From Dendrobates tinctorius (taxonomy: Eukaryota), in assembly GCF_039654945.1 (NCBI RefSeq), contig NW_027361814.1, positions 2,666,001 through 2,730,000 of the forward strand: a stretch of 64,000 nt of DNA. Direction: 5' to 3'. A model generated the notes under the pieces. It saw only the letters and a program-made list of their open reading frames with translations. It was not told the DNA's origin and made no database searches. The translations under genes were made by a program, and so were the position numbers. Below are positions 38,001 to 51,600 of the stretch, one piece after another. Numbering within the stretch: the stretch's first letter is position 1; the number at the start of each line of letters is the position of its first letter.

Positions 38001-39329
38001 CGAATCCTGCTTTGAGCAGGGGGTTGGACCAGATGGCCCAGGAGGTCCCTTCCAACTCTACGATTCTATGATTCTATGATTCTATGAAATGGGGTCACTT
38101 ATGGGGTGTTTCCACTGTTTAAGCACATCAGGAGCTCTCCAAACGTGGCATGACATCCGATCTGAATTCCAGCCAATTTTGCAGTGAAAAAGTCAAACGT
38201 CGCTCCTTCCCTTCTGAACTCTGCCATGCGCCCAAACAGTGGCTCCCCCCCACATATCAGGTATCGGCGTACTCAAGACAAATTGCACAATAACTTTTCC
38301 AGTCCAATTTCTCCTGTTACCCTTGGTAAAATAAAAAATTGAACCTGAAGTAATTTTTTTTTGTGAAAAAAAGTTAAATGTTCATTTTTTTAAGCATTCA
38401 AAAAATTCCTGTGAAGCACCTGAAGGGTTAAGAAACTTCTTGAATATGGTTTTGAGCACCTTGAGGGGTGCAGTTTTTAGAATGGTTTCACTTTTGGGTA
38501 TTTTCTATCATATAGACCCTTTAAAGTGACTACAACAAATGTGATATGGTCCCTAAAAATAAAATGAGAAATCGCTGGTCAACTTTTAACCTTTATAACT
38601 TCCTAAAAAAAAAAAATTTGTTTCCAAAATTGTGCTGATGTAAAGTAGACATGTGGGAAATGTTATTTATTAACTATTTTGTGTCACATAACTCTCTGGT
38701 TTAAGGGCATAAAAATTCAAAATTTGAAAATTGCAAAATTTTCAAAATTTTCACCATATTTCCATATTTTTCATAAATAAACTCAAGTTATAGCGAATAA
38801 ATTTTACCACTAAAGGGAAGCAAAATATGTAATGAGAAAACATTCTCAGAATCGCCTAGATCCGTTGAAACGTTCTTGAGTTATTACCTCATAAAGGGAC
38901 AGTGGTCAGAATTGTAAAAATTGGCCCGGGAGATAACGTGCAAACCACCCTTGGTAGTAAAGGGGTTAAAGAGGAGTACACCGTCCGTAACTATAAACAC
39001 ACCCGTGCAACAAGCTTCTTCATCTTCACCCATACATATTACCAATAATATACAAATGTCACAGTCTAAAAATAATTGTGAGTGTAACCAACACAGTTAA
39101 AGGAATGCCACAAAACGTAAATAACCACGACCCTTTGAAAAGCCTGATCTCCTCTTTACGACAAATGGAAGATGATGGTTTTGATCACGACTTAGAAAAT
39201 TTCCACATCCACACCAAGAAGATGAAGATCACAGCTGCAAAAAATGTTTGAAAAAGGCAGTGAATGTCTGGAAAATCATTTTCTCTAGGTCAAAGTTTAC
39301 CTCTTACTAAAGTGGTACCAAATGAGGCA

Positions 39330-39660
39330 TACACAGCTCTCTGGTGTACTCAGTGTGAGATGCTTGACAGAAGATGTATTCTGATTTATCCATGTCCACT
39401 TTTTGAAAAAAAGCAGAAAAGAAGAATGATATAGCAGGAAGACATGTGATTTTGGTCAGTAAGGAGGTGATGTCAGGTACAGATAGGTAGATCTGCGTGT
39501 CATCGGGGTAGTGATGATATTGCAAACCATGCCATTACATCAGCTGGCCCAGGCCGAAGGTGTAGATGGAGAAGAATAGGGGTCCTAGAACAGAGACTTG
39601 TGGAGCAATGAAAGACAGGTGTCGAGGTGAGGAGGTGGTGTGGTAGTGGGAGACAATGAA
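39330..39660 (-). mobile_element. L2 RT fragment
   Basis: PQVSVLGPLFFSIYT and QYHHYPDDTQIYLS. Confidence 0.75.
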
Positions 39661-39989
39661 TGTCCCCCTACCTGTCTTCTTGTTTTTTAAAGACTCGATA
39701 ACCCCAAAAAGGACATTTGCACGTCCGGCCATGGCCGCATCTGCAGGGGTAGTAAAACTACCAGCCTTACCACCACCAGCATGATCAGACACATGGCAGC
39801 AAAGCAACAGACTTTGTTGGTTGAACACCAGGCTCCATGAACAGTGTCTGCGGGTGATACCACTGTTTCTTCCACTGTTGGGCGTGCAAGCCAATCCCTT
39901 GTCCACGGTGCAAGTGAAGATGCCTCCTGCCCTGTACCTGTCGTTGACCACAGTCAAATTGCACCATCATCAATTACATCCACGTCCTT

Positions 39990-42483
39990 TTCCCATTGCA
40001 GCCTTCAGTTGTCCATACCCTAGTCATTGGACCATAATCAGAAACATGCAGCCAAGGCCAAACAGGCCACAGTACTAAATTCACAAATTTCTCATCTGCT
40101 TGCACTCGAAATGTTGCATTCTAGGCTCGTGGGAAGCGGACACTTTCCGCAGCCTGATGGCGGTGACCATAACAAGGTACTCAGTCCCACCAGGCACTAT
40201 TTCTCCCAGTCTGCCGTCATGACATTAGACAAGCAAGTACGTGTCCTACAACATTATCAACAATAGCAAACAAACATCTGCAGACAATATGCACTGTTAG
40301 AAGAAATGGCCCTTACCTAAAGAGACCACATCCTTGTATGCACTAGCAATGGAATTACTCTAAAAATGCTTTGTATACAAAAAGAAAAAAAAGTGTAAAA
40401 AAATCCACAAATGAAATAGTAAAAATATAGTATTTTTCATTTATCTACGAGATATAAATCACCCGTACACATAGACACAAAAAAAGGTCACAATTATTCA
40501 GAATTCCGTAACAAGGCAGTGAAGGGCATGGCAAAAACGAAAGACTGTGGAATAAAAGAGGGACAGTTGGATTACTCTGGCAGCAGAGTTTTGGATAGAT
40601 TTGAGTGGTGCAACAGTGCTAGAGGGGAGGCTACAGAGTATAAGGTTGCAATACTCGAGGTGGGAGATCATGAGGGCATGCACAAACATTTTTTATGTTT
40701 CTTGTAATGTACGGATCCAGGAAATGTTTTTGAGTTGTAATGGACAGCAGGAGGCAAGGCCATTGATATGTCGCTTGAAAGAGAGGGCAGAGGATCACCC
40801 CGAGGCCACGAAAATGTGTGAATATTTGTTCCGGTGTGCTGTCCCGGCATTACACAGGCACATGTCCCACAACATTACCCGTGCCCTCCACAATGCTGTT
40901 ACTTGGAAAGTCCACCTATCCACAAACACGTGGACAAGTGCTTGTGGTCACGGATGGTAATCTCACTGAGGGTACACTGGGTTAACATAGCCGGGACCCA
41001 CTCTGACCTTGGTATGGTGCCCGTCCTCCCAAACACCGAGTATTGCATGCCCTACATCAATCTGGGTTGCCCTGACAGTGTACAGCTCCTGCACCTCCTC
41101 CTTCGCCTCCTCATCAACCTCCAGCTACAAAAGTAGCACATCAGTCACAAGCTGGAATCACTGCAGCACTGCCTCATCAAAGCGGGAACAGGCTGTGCTG
41201 AAGCTAATATGCTTAGGTGACAAACCCCACAATGCTGAAGAGTTGTGGACAGCTCTGAAAGAGCAGGCAGATCGGTGGCTGAGACCGCTGAACCCACAGC
41301 CAGGCATGATTGTGTGTGACAATGGCTGGAACCTGGTGGCTGCTCTGTGGTGAGGCGAGCTCACACACTTGCCATGCCTGGCTCATGTGCTTAACCCAAT
41401 TGGTCAACGATTTTTGAAAAGCGACACGGAGCTGGCAGATCTGCTAGGAAAAGTACAACACTCTGCGTACCCATTTTAGAAAGTCAGCTACAGCTTCATC
41501 TGAACTTGCCATGATTCAGCAGCGCTTGCAGCTTCTGGCTCACCGACTGGTGTGTGACGCCCCCAGGCATTGGAACTCTACACTGCAGATGTTGGAAAGG
41601 ATTTGTGAGCAGAAGAGGGCAGTTGTTGACTAGTCTACCAGCATCAACAAGGTTGTCAGCACTCAGTTCTGTCTTCACACATAACATCTGAGGAGTGGAC
41701 ATGCATGTCTGACATATATAACATCCTCCAAAACTTTGAGGAATCCACCAAAAGGGTGAGCGTCAATGACACCATAACTAATGTCTCCATCCTGCTTATA
41801 TGTGTTCTAATTTGAAGATTGATAGTTATTATAGAGCGAAAACATATTTAAAGTTTAACAGTTTCAAACACAACAGTCCTAAGTAACAATGATAACAATA
41901 ATACAATAATTAAACCAAAATAAAACGACCCTGCTGGTGATAGCTTACAATCTACACTAAGTAACAACGATAACAATAATTAAACCCAAACAAAACAATC
42001 CTGTTCGTGACAACTTACAATCTACAATGAGGTGGAGATAAAAACTAAAGGGGTGTATTTACGAGAATGTATTTACAATGATGTTTGTACAATGATATTA
42101 CTGATGTTAGTTCAAAGTCGTGGAGGCCTGAGGATAAGGAGGAGGAGAGCATGGTCTGTCGTCCTCTTGGTGAGGATACGGAAGTATTGACTGTTAGCAG
42201 TCTTGTACGCATGGCTCAGTTTATGTTACGCTGCCTTTCCCGACACCCTCGCGTTATCAAAATTTTGGGTGACGGGCAATACTGATTGGTGACACTTCTA
42301 GACCCATGCTACAAGGAGAACTTTACATCTCTTATTCCAGAGGCAGACAGGTGTACTAAAATGTTGGAGGACCAGAGGGCCCTTCTTGCGGAGTTATTGA
42401 AAAAATTCACATATGAAAACGACGGCAGCAGAGGTCACAGTTTGTTGGCCAAGCAAGGAGTACAGGTGAGAGAGACACAATAA
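39990..42483 (+). pseudogene. Fragmented hAT transposase with interleaved L2 piece and AT-rich insert
   Basis: LNSQISHLLALEML, AVPALHRH..KVHLSTNTWTS, LICLGDKPHNAEEL, VCDNGWNLVAAL, TLLDPCYK. Confidence 0.85.
40500..40815 (-). mobile_element. L2 RT C-terminal fragment
   Basis: VHALMISHLEYCNLIL..LKSIQNSAARVI. Confidence 0.8.
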
Positions 42484-43455
42484 TCCTTCGCAGCGCCACT
42501 GCTCTAAGGACGGAGGATGCTACTCAGCCTCCTATGTGCTGCTTGTCCACGCCAAAAATATTTGATGACATGCCCGCTTTTCTTAAGCTGGCCCCCTGCC
42601 TCTAGGTCACCGGGTCTGTCTGTCTGCTGCATTTCGCCACTGCGTCGGCTCTTCGGGTGCATAGTGCACTGCCCCCCTTGCTGCTCTCATGCTCACAGCT
42701 GGGGACTCACTCCTGCTTTGCTTTTTTTTCCCTCAGCTTCCAGCCAGGTTCCCTGTCTAAACACGACCCCTTTTTCTGTGTAATGGGGCCTGTCCGTTCC
42801 TCTATTCCTTCTGCCGGGAAACAGGGGACGCAGCCTTGACAGTTCCGGACACGTCGCAGCACAGTTACCCGCAGCCCGGTCATCCTGACTCCATATCTGG
42901 TCAATCAGTTCTTTAATGCAAGCAGCATAGAAGGCATGTTCTTCCAATTTTCTAGAGAAAATTGTACAGTACATCCAGAACAGTTTCAATTTGAAGGACT
43001 TTGTAGCTTATATCATTCCACAAGATGACACTAGTCTCATACTTAAAATTTTAAGTGGAAAATAATTTCCCCACTGATAGGTTGTGTATTTTCTGAATTA
43101 TGTAACATCATTTGTGTGATTAATTATTCATATCTATTTGCTGCATAATATATTCATCTTTTTCTTCAAGACTTTGGAATATAATGTTGTAAGAGTGAAA
43201 GCAACCGGTTGAAGTGTGTTTTACCTCAAATGTGAAACTACTTGTCATCTTTACTATTTCTCCATTCCGTGTGCAGCTAACCACCTCATTGATGTCATTG
43301 AGTTTCTTTGGCAAGAAAACAACAGCTACACCAATACCACGTGCTTTTCCTATTAATTCATCATGCTGCTAAAGTACAGGTGAGATTAGGGACCTAGATA
43401 ACATTTGGGGACTGTAGACAACATGACATTGTGCCAACACCCACTGGGGTGTTGC

Positions 43456-44255
43456 TGTAGGTAGGGGAACCGACTGGGGGGTGGTCCGTTTCTGGCAGCA
43501 GACAGACTCGAGACAGAGACAGGAACGTGTTCAACAGGCTTTCTATATTGATCGTCTTTCCACGACCCACAGCACCTCACAGCAATTTCACGTTAATCTC
43601 CGCAGCCTCATACAGCAGCTGCTCGACAATCCCCTCAGCCACACACAGTAGCTGCTTAACTTCGTACACAGGCCCGGGTACCTTCACTCTCTTTTCCTGT
43701 ACTCGTGACGACCTCCGTGGTTCTCTTTGCCGTGGCTGCCCTAGGCCTATCTACCACAGCGCCTCACCAATCTGAGTATGTCGTCCGTTTGGTACCCCCA
43801 GGTCGCCTCTCTGTCTGTGGCTTCGCTATGCTCTCTGTCTGTGGCCTCTACTGTCTCTGTCTGCAGCTACTCCTTTCAGGGCCACCCCCTGTAACCGTCA
43901 CAACTGTCAGTCCTCTCAGGAGCTTCCTTTCTTTCCTCTCTCCTCAAATGTACTTCTTGTCTCCTGTGCTCCCTTCACTGACTGACTTTTCCAGAACCTT
44001 CTCCCCCTTTTTTTTAACCTTTACGTTCTGGTAACTCCGTCCACCATGACTCAACGGTTTTCTTTTCCAATGGCTGTTGTTCAGTCCTAACCTCACAACT
44101 CTCCATTGCCCTCTAATGGTCAAAATCCAATACTGCAGACCTCCTTCCTATCTCCAGCTGTTTCCCCTTTTTTACTACAACAGTCCACCTTCTATACACT
44201 ATACCTCCGCCCTTCTTCTACAGACAGGTCCGTACGTCGGTCCACCTTCCCTACA
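43456..44255 (-). mobile_element. Solo LTR
   Basis: TGTAGG...CCTACA; TSD TTGC/TAGC; shares motifs with the LTR at 53535 (ggctg.cctag..c.atctacc.cagcgc). Confidence 0.65.
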
Positions 44256-44361
44256 TAGCTACCAAGTTGACATAGTTTGTGTACAGCTGAACAGCGTTGT
44301 CAGAAAAAAAAATTCCTTCAATAACATGTTTGATGGCTTGTCTCATGGAAACACCCAAATA

Positions 44362-44570
44362 GTATTATTATTATTTATTTATTTATATAGCACCATTAAT
44401 TCCATGGTGCTGTACATGACAAGGGGTTGCATACAAATTAATAGATATTGTTTACAGAGAAAAAAATTACAATGACAGACTGGTGCAGAGGGGAGAGGAC
44501 CTTGTTCTTGCGGACTTTCATTCTGCGGGAGAATGGGAAAGAGACAGAAGGTGGGGGGTGCTGCACCTCA
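44362..44570 (-). mobile_element. L2-type 3' tail (LINE or SINE)
   Basis: tattattattatttatttatttatatagcaccattaattccatggtgctgtaca resembles 30355-30420. Confidence 0.65.
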
Positions 44571-45029
44571 GGTGGTGGAGAGACGGCAGCTCATGTGGGG
44601 GTGTAGAAGTCACATCTCCGACCACCACGCTCTCCAAGTGACATCTCTTGAAATGCAACCGAAATGTCAAAATCTTTAGCTTCAGTTATAGAAATTGCAT
44701 GGGCTCCTTTTTGACATCATCATCCACCCAGTTCAGTATTAGTAGGTGAGGGCTTGTCAGAATCCTGCCCAGGAACATCATGCTTCAGTAGTTGGGAGTC
44801 CTGTCCCCGTGATCTTCCACGTAATCTTGCTCTGGCTCTTCCAGGCATGATTTCATCAAGAAGATTTAGCCTTCGTAATACAGAGACAGAGTACCACACC
44901 GCCTAAGCGTTCACCCTCTGCCACTCAGACTTTCTATCTGCGCAGTGACTGCCTCTAGGCTGAAGATGATGATGGTGGCAGTAGTTGGAGCATTTAACAC
45001 AGTCATGAAGCAGCCATAACAATTAGAAA

Positions 45030-46960
45030 CAGAATTCTTTTTACCGACATACCCCACTGTAAAAAATGTTTTTTTTTTATGCAAAAGAGTGCTCAACATA
45101 ACGAGAGTGGCAGACTGCAAAAAAAATTGAACTTAGGCCTAAAATGCCACAATTTTTGGCACAGGGATGTATGAGGCGTGTCACAGATATACCCCACTGT
45201 AAAATGTGGTCTGTTTTTTAAAAAATGCAACAGAGTGCTGCATATAACTTGAGCAACAGACAGGAAAACACTGGAATACCGGCCTAAAATCCCCAAATTT
45301 TTATCACACGGACGTATTAGGAGTGTCACAGATATACCACACTGTAAAATACCGTATATACTCGTGTATAAGCCAAGATTTTCAGCCCATTTTTTGGGGC
45401 TGAAAGACCCCCTCTCGGCTTATACGCGAGTCATATACCGGGGGTGGGTGGGGGAGGGGGAGCGGGGGTGTCAGAGATCATACTCACCTCTCCTGGCACT
45501 TCTCTGCAGCCTCTGCGTCTCCCATCTGCTTCCTGCATTCAGCGGTCACGTGGTACCGCTCATTAAACTCATGAATATGTGCATATTTAATGAGCGGTAC
45601 CACATGACCAGCTGAATGCAGGAAGAAGACGGCAGAGGGAGAAGCAGGGGCTGCCACTGCAGAGAAGACCTTTCGCTAGGAGGGGAGAGTATGATGGGGC
45701 AGAGTGATATTCACCTGTCCCCGTTCCAAGCCGTGCACCGCTGTGTCTCCGGGTCCTCCTGCTGTGACGACACAGAGCGCGATGATGTAGTCAGTGCACG
45801 CCCTCTGCTGTCAATGCAGAGATCCGGGGGACACAGAGGTGCATGGCTTGGAACGGGGACAGGTGAATATCGCCACTACCAGGGGCTCAGGACACCGGAG
45901 CCTGGCCCCCAGCGACGGAGAGGTGAGTATGTCATTTTTTTATTGCAGCAGCAGCAAATAAGGGGTATATATGGAGAATCTTATGGGGCAGCATTAACCC
46001 TTGTGGAGCAGCATATGGGGTATTTATGGGGCAGCATTAACGCTTGTGGAGTAGCATATGGGGGTATTTATGGGGCAGCATTAACCCTTGTGGAGCAGCA
46101 TATGGGAGATATTTATGGGGCAGCATTAACCCTTGTGCAGCAGCATATGGAGGGTATTTATGGAGCATCTTCTTGGGCCAGCATTAACCCTTGTGCAGCA
46201 GCATATGGGGGGTTTTTATCTATGGAGCATCTTCTCGGACCACCATTTAACCCTAGGCTTATACGCGAGTCAATAAGTTTTCCCAGTCTTTTGTGGCAAA
46301 ATTAGGGGGGTCGGCTTATACACGGGTCGGCTTATACACGAGTATATACGGTATGTGATCTGTTTTTTGCAATAATGCAACATGGTGCTGTATATAACTT
46401 GAGTAACAGACAGGAAAACACTGGAATACCGGCCTAAAAAACCCCAATTTTTAGCACACGGATGTATGAGGCGTGTCACAGTTATACCCCACTTTAAAAT
46501 ATGTGGTTTTTTATTATGCAAAAGAGTGCTGGATATAGCGAGAGTGATAGACTGCAAAAAAAAGAGAATTTAGGCCAAAAATGCCACAATTCTTGGCACA
46601 TGGATGTATGAGGCGTGTCACAAATATACCCCACTGTAAAATATGTGGCCTGTTTTTTAAAAAAAAAAATGCTACAAAGTGCTGTATATAACTACAGTGA
46701 CACCCAGGACATAAAAGGAAAACCGGCCTAAACTGGCCAAACTTTGAGCACGCACAGATATCAGCTTCACGGAGATACCACACCGACAAATGTGTGGCCT
46801 GTATTTTTTTATTTTTTGGCTAAATAGTGCTGTATATAAGTACTGTGACAGACTGCAAAAAAAATTGAATTTACGGCTAAAAAGACCAAAATTTTTAGCA
46901 GATGGATGGATGAGGCGTGTCACAGATGTACCACACTGTAAAATATGTGGCCTTTTTTTG
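45030..46960. repeat. ~130-bp degenerate tandem repeat internal to hAT (split by a TcMar MITE)
   Basis: Recurrent gaggcgtgtcacagatataccccactgtaaaa. Confidence 0.8.
45352..46351. mobile_element. TcMar (pogo/Tc2-like) non-autonomous element
   Basis: TA|CCGTATATACTCGTGTATAAGCC ... GGCTTATACACGAGTATATACGG|TA; internal 42-bp tandem repeat. Confidence 0.85.
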
Positions 46961-47880
46961 GGCGCGGGGTTCAGCAAAATAGTGTCAAGAAATTGTGTAA
47001 GACACTCAAAAGAAAAATCTACTCAACCTTACCACATAAAAATTAAATATTTCTCAGTGCACTCAAAAAGGATTTTTGGGACCCCATCAAAATTGCTGAA
47101 TTTTCAAAACAGTACAGTACCCTGCCTACCTAACACTGGACCCTATATACTCTGGAATTAGTCCTTAGAAGGACTGTTGGTTTAGCTGAATTTGAGTAGT
47201 TTACGATGGTAGACCCCACATTGACTAATAAATCCCCAATTCTGACCTATCTCGGCAGCAGCTCTCCCCAACTAACTAAATCCTGAGTTGAATGCGCCAA
47301 GCAGGGCGGTGGTCTGGTTTCTTATACCTTTGATGATGCTGTGCGGTCAGCCAATCACTGCATGACCACAACAAAGATGGCTGCGGTGTTTCATTGCCTG
47401 GCAGACAATCCCTGCATCGTGATTGGGTCTCTAAAGTCCACCAAAATAGCTGGGTGGAGACCCGAGTTCCCGCCAAGTAATCCCAGAAATGCTTGGTGCT
47501 CGCGATACTCGGGCGAGTAACGAGTAGTGGCGAGCACATTCGCTCATCACTAATCTATAGATATATCCATAGATATATCTATAGATTTATCCATAGATAT
47601 AGCCATAGATTTATCTATCTTTTGATCTAGAAAAAAAATATATATGTAAGGGTACATATAGATAGATAGGTAAATAATAGCAAGGCCTATGTTTATTAAT
47701 GAACAATATATTTAATTTTGAAAAAAAAAAACGGGATGAAAATGGCGTGGCCTCCCGCGTAATTTTCTGCGCCAGAGAGGGAAAGCCGACAGCCGAGGGC
47801 CAATATTTGTAGCCTGGGAGGGGGTAATACCCATGGATCTTCCCAGGCTATGAATATCAGCCCGAAGCTGTCTGCATAGC

Positions 47881-48686
47881 TGTTATGAGTTCATTTTCCC
47901 CTTCACCATTGAGGTCTGATGAACTCCCTCTTCTGGTGAAGGAAGGTAGTGAGGCTGATTACCAAGCACCTGAGCTGGGAGAGGATGACTGGGCGAAGGG
48001 GATCTCTGACTGGATATAAGGCAGCCGACGCCCTTCTGCCTCGCTGGTGATTTCTCTGTGGAATTCTAGGAGACCAGTCTTATTCCTGCTCCTCAAAAGC
48101 TAAGTTTTCTGCTTTGCCTTTTTGAATTTGTGTTTTGGTTTTAGTTTGCCTTGCTTTCCTGGATTCTGCCATTCCCTGCTGGGGTGAGCTGAATTCCTTT
48201 TTGCCTTTTTGCTCTGTCTTCAGAAAATACCTGAGTACTGACATAGTCTTTTTGAAGCCTAGCGTCTTCAGGGCCTTTTTCCCTGTCAGTCTGTTGGCTC
48301 TTATTTTGATAGGGTTTTTCACGGATTGCAGACAGCAGCTTTCCTATCCTGTCCTATCTAGTTAGCTTGGGCCCCATCATTTGCTCAGTCTATCTTTCTA
48401 TCTGTGTTAGTGTTTTTTCTTCTTGCTTGACCGTCATTATATGTTGGGGGCTGCCTATTGCTTTGGGGTCTGCTCTGGGGCAGTTTAGATTTCCCTTTCT
48501 GTCTTTAGGCTATTTAGCTCTCCGGCTGTGATCGAGGGGTCTAGGGCACCGTAGGAACCCCCCACGGCTACTGCTAGTTGTTGTTGATAGGTTCAGGGGT
48601 CTGCAATCTGATAGCTGCAACTTCTCTGGTTTTCTGGACTTAGCTAGCATTTCTGTTTTGCCTCCTACGGTGACTCATTCATAACA
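47881..48686 (+). mobile_element. Solo LTR with 6-bp TSD CATAGC
   Basis: TGTTATGA...TCATAACA; TATA-like GATATAAG near 48014. Confidence 0.9.
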
Positions 48687-51600
48687 CATAGCCTTTACTG
48701 GCTATTAAAATAGGGGGACCCCAAAAAAATGACATCGGGTCCCCCTATGTTTTATAGCCAGAAAGGCTACGCAGACAGATGTGGGCTGATATTCATAGCC
48801 TAGCAAAGGGCCATGGATATTGGCCCCCCTGGCTACACCAGCCCGCAGCCGCCCCAGAAATGGCGCATTTGTACGTTGCGCCAATTCTGGCACTTAGTCC
48901 CTCTTCCCACTGCCATGTAGTGGTGGCATATAGGGTAATAAGGGGTTAATGTCACCTTGCTATTGTAAGGTGACATTAAGCCAGGTTGATAATGGAGAGG
49001 CATCAATAAGACGCCTCTCCATTATTAATCTTATTGTAATGATGGGTTAAATAAACACACACATAAGAATATAGTATTTTAATGAAACAAAGCACAACAC
49101 AGTTTTTCATAATTCTTATTGTACACCTAAATCCATTCGAAGATATCGATCAACTGCAAAAAAAATAAAAAAATTGTACCACGACGATCTACCCTATAGA
49201 GCGGTCACATCAACAGATGTGACCGCTCTATAGGCCTCCGATGACACACTGACCGGAGATAACCCTCCCGCAGTGTGTCATCGGAGATAAGACTCTCGCT
49301 TTATGGCACTAGAGCGTGAGAAAATTCTCACGCTGTAGTGCCACAAAGTGACAGATGAACTCAGGTAACCTTGTCAGTGGCGGAGGGATACAATGTGGAG
49401 GATTATCTCCATCATTGTATCACCGGAGCCCCTGGAGAGTAGTTGCATCTGCTGTTGTGACAGCTCTACATGGGAGATCGTCGTGGGACAATCGTTATTA
49501 TATGGACTACGTCGGACACAGGGAGTATATTGTTTACATTTTTTTTCAGGTGAGCGAGGGCTTCGAGGATTAGCTGATTATGATAAGTATGCAATATATG
49601 TATGCATGTGTTTTATTTTTTACATTCAACACATTAGCCGGATGATTGGACTACTACTGTCCCATCATTGGCTAATGGTGTCACTGTAGCAGGCATAGCC
49701 AAATGGGACTAGTAGTCCCATCGGACGATGCCTGCACACACACTGAAACACACACAGCCTCGCAGACTTCCGCCGACCCCGCACACAGCCCCGCATACCC
49801 ACATACAGCCCCGCTGACACAGCACACAGCCCCGCCAACCCCTGCCGACCCCCGCCGACACCGCACACAGCCCCGACGACCCCACACACATCCCTGCAGA
49901 CCCCGCACACAGCCCCGCAGACCCACACACACAGATTCAGACACTGACACACACACACAGACATGCAGACCCCGCCCGCACACACAGACAGACATGCACA
50001 TAGCTCCACCTACATTCCGCCCACACTCTTCCCTCACATCCACATCTGCAGTAAAACTGCATATCTTTTTTACATCAGCGGTTTTGCTGCGGATGTGCCT
50101 GACTCAATGCAAGTCAAAGGGTGCAGAAAGGCTGCAGATCTGCACAAAGAATTGACATGCTGCAGAAAAAAACCCACTGCGAATCCGCACATTTTTTTCC
50201 ACAGTGTGTGCACAGGAAATCTCCAATTCCCATAGGTTTACATTGGCTGTGCACTACACTGCGGATTTGATGCAAATCCGTGCAGCAAAAGACGCTGCGG
50301 ATCCGCAATGAAATTCGCAACGTGTGCACATACCCATAATATATATGAAAATACGGCAATATGTGCTCTGGTAATGACAGAGCACTTTTTGGGTCTCTGC
50401 CCTCCTGAGGTTGTTTTCCTGTCCAGCACCAGCCTCTTTAGCTTGATTGACAGATCGCTGTCTGTGTTACACATGATGGCAGGCAGTGAGCTGTCAGTCA
50501 AGTTAGAGAGGCTGGTGCTAGATGAGGAAACAACCTCACGAGGCAATGGCTTGGAAAGTGCTCTGTCACGTCCAGAGCACCTAAGGCCTCATTTGCATAT
50601 GAATTAAAAAAAAAATCTAACTTATCAGGAGTGCAGCAAAATATAGAAGATATAAAGTTGTCAATAGTTTTATATTTCAAAGACCTGTATTCCCATGTAT
50701 AAGATTTGCGGAGGGGGGTTAATCTTACTGACAGATTCCCTTACAAGGTGTTCTGTAGTTTAGAAAATCCATTTCATATAACCTATTATGGAATAGATAT
50801 GAGTGTCTCTTGATTTTGAGGACTTGATTTGTATGCACACTTGGTCATTTTATTTCACCCCTGAGGTGGCACTGTGGGAAAATGAAACACCGACTGCATA
50901 GTTTTACCACAGATTACGACTGGTCGCTGTTGGTCCCAACCCTAGGACATTTTATAATCAGCTTATTGTCAGAGACAATGGTAATAAAGTGTATTCCACT
51001 TTAAAAGGAATTCTTGACAAATGGGCTCAATGACTGTCTATGACTCCAGACAAGATCTTCCCTAGTTATGCCTTATGTAGTCATTTCCATGTCCATATAC
51101 TGTAGGCATTAGATTGATGATGTGGAATTAGCCCAGAGAAGCCACATAAGTGAATGACCCTTTAAAGGGCTATTCCCAACATTAAAGGATAAGAAAAGTA
51201 GGTAATAAAGTGCAGGTGATTGACAGGCCTCTCCCATAGTGAGAGACCTGTAGAGCACATGGAGCGGTGCTGGGAAGAGCCTGCCAAAAGTAGTGTGGGG
51301 CTAATCCCATCTTTGTCTATGGACTCTGGCTGGATCTTTGAAGTATATTTTCTTTGAAATGCCAGAGCACTTCAGAGAAAAATATGTCTGCCAAACTCTG
51401 ATTCATGCCGATTCCTGTGTTTGGGCTGCAAGAGTGAATGACTGGTTCCCTTTAAGAGGAATTTTTTTTTTGAGTTGCAAGCAAGAGAACTCAGAAAAGT
51501 AACTCCACTGTGCATTAAAGTTGTGTAGTCCAAAATGTATTTTTTTATATGATTAATTTAGCAGATTATTACATTCAGTCTATTTAGAGGAGATCTATCC

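Larger units (their letters stand above)
34818..38086 (+). mobile_element. CR1 LINE, 5'-truncated within ORF1
   Basis: ORF1 end, ORF2, short 3'UTR and (ATTCTATG)n tail. Confidence 0.97.
33075..38965. mobile_element. piggyBac-like non-autonomous element
   Basis: TTAA|CCCCTTTCCTAC ... GTAGTAAAGGGG|TTAA. Confidence 0.85.
32174..47552. mobile_element. Composite hAT transposon, 15.4 kb
   Basis: TAGTGATGAGCGA / TCGCTCATCACTA with 8-bp TSD ATCTATAG (32166-32173, 47553-47560); the TSD lies in low-complexity DNA. Confidence 0.8.
31800..50335. mobile_element. Harbinger-type non-autonomous element hosting the large hAT and an LTR
   Basis: G(a)GTATGTGCACA(t)GTTGC ... GCAACGTGTGCACATACCC termini; the internal (TAGA)n tract is split by the hAT; TSD is degenerate. 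Confidence 0.6.

Noticed and set aside
45616-46305. 229-aa ORF
   Set aside because: Lies inside a non-autonomous TcMar element and runs through a 42-bp tandem repeat.
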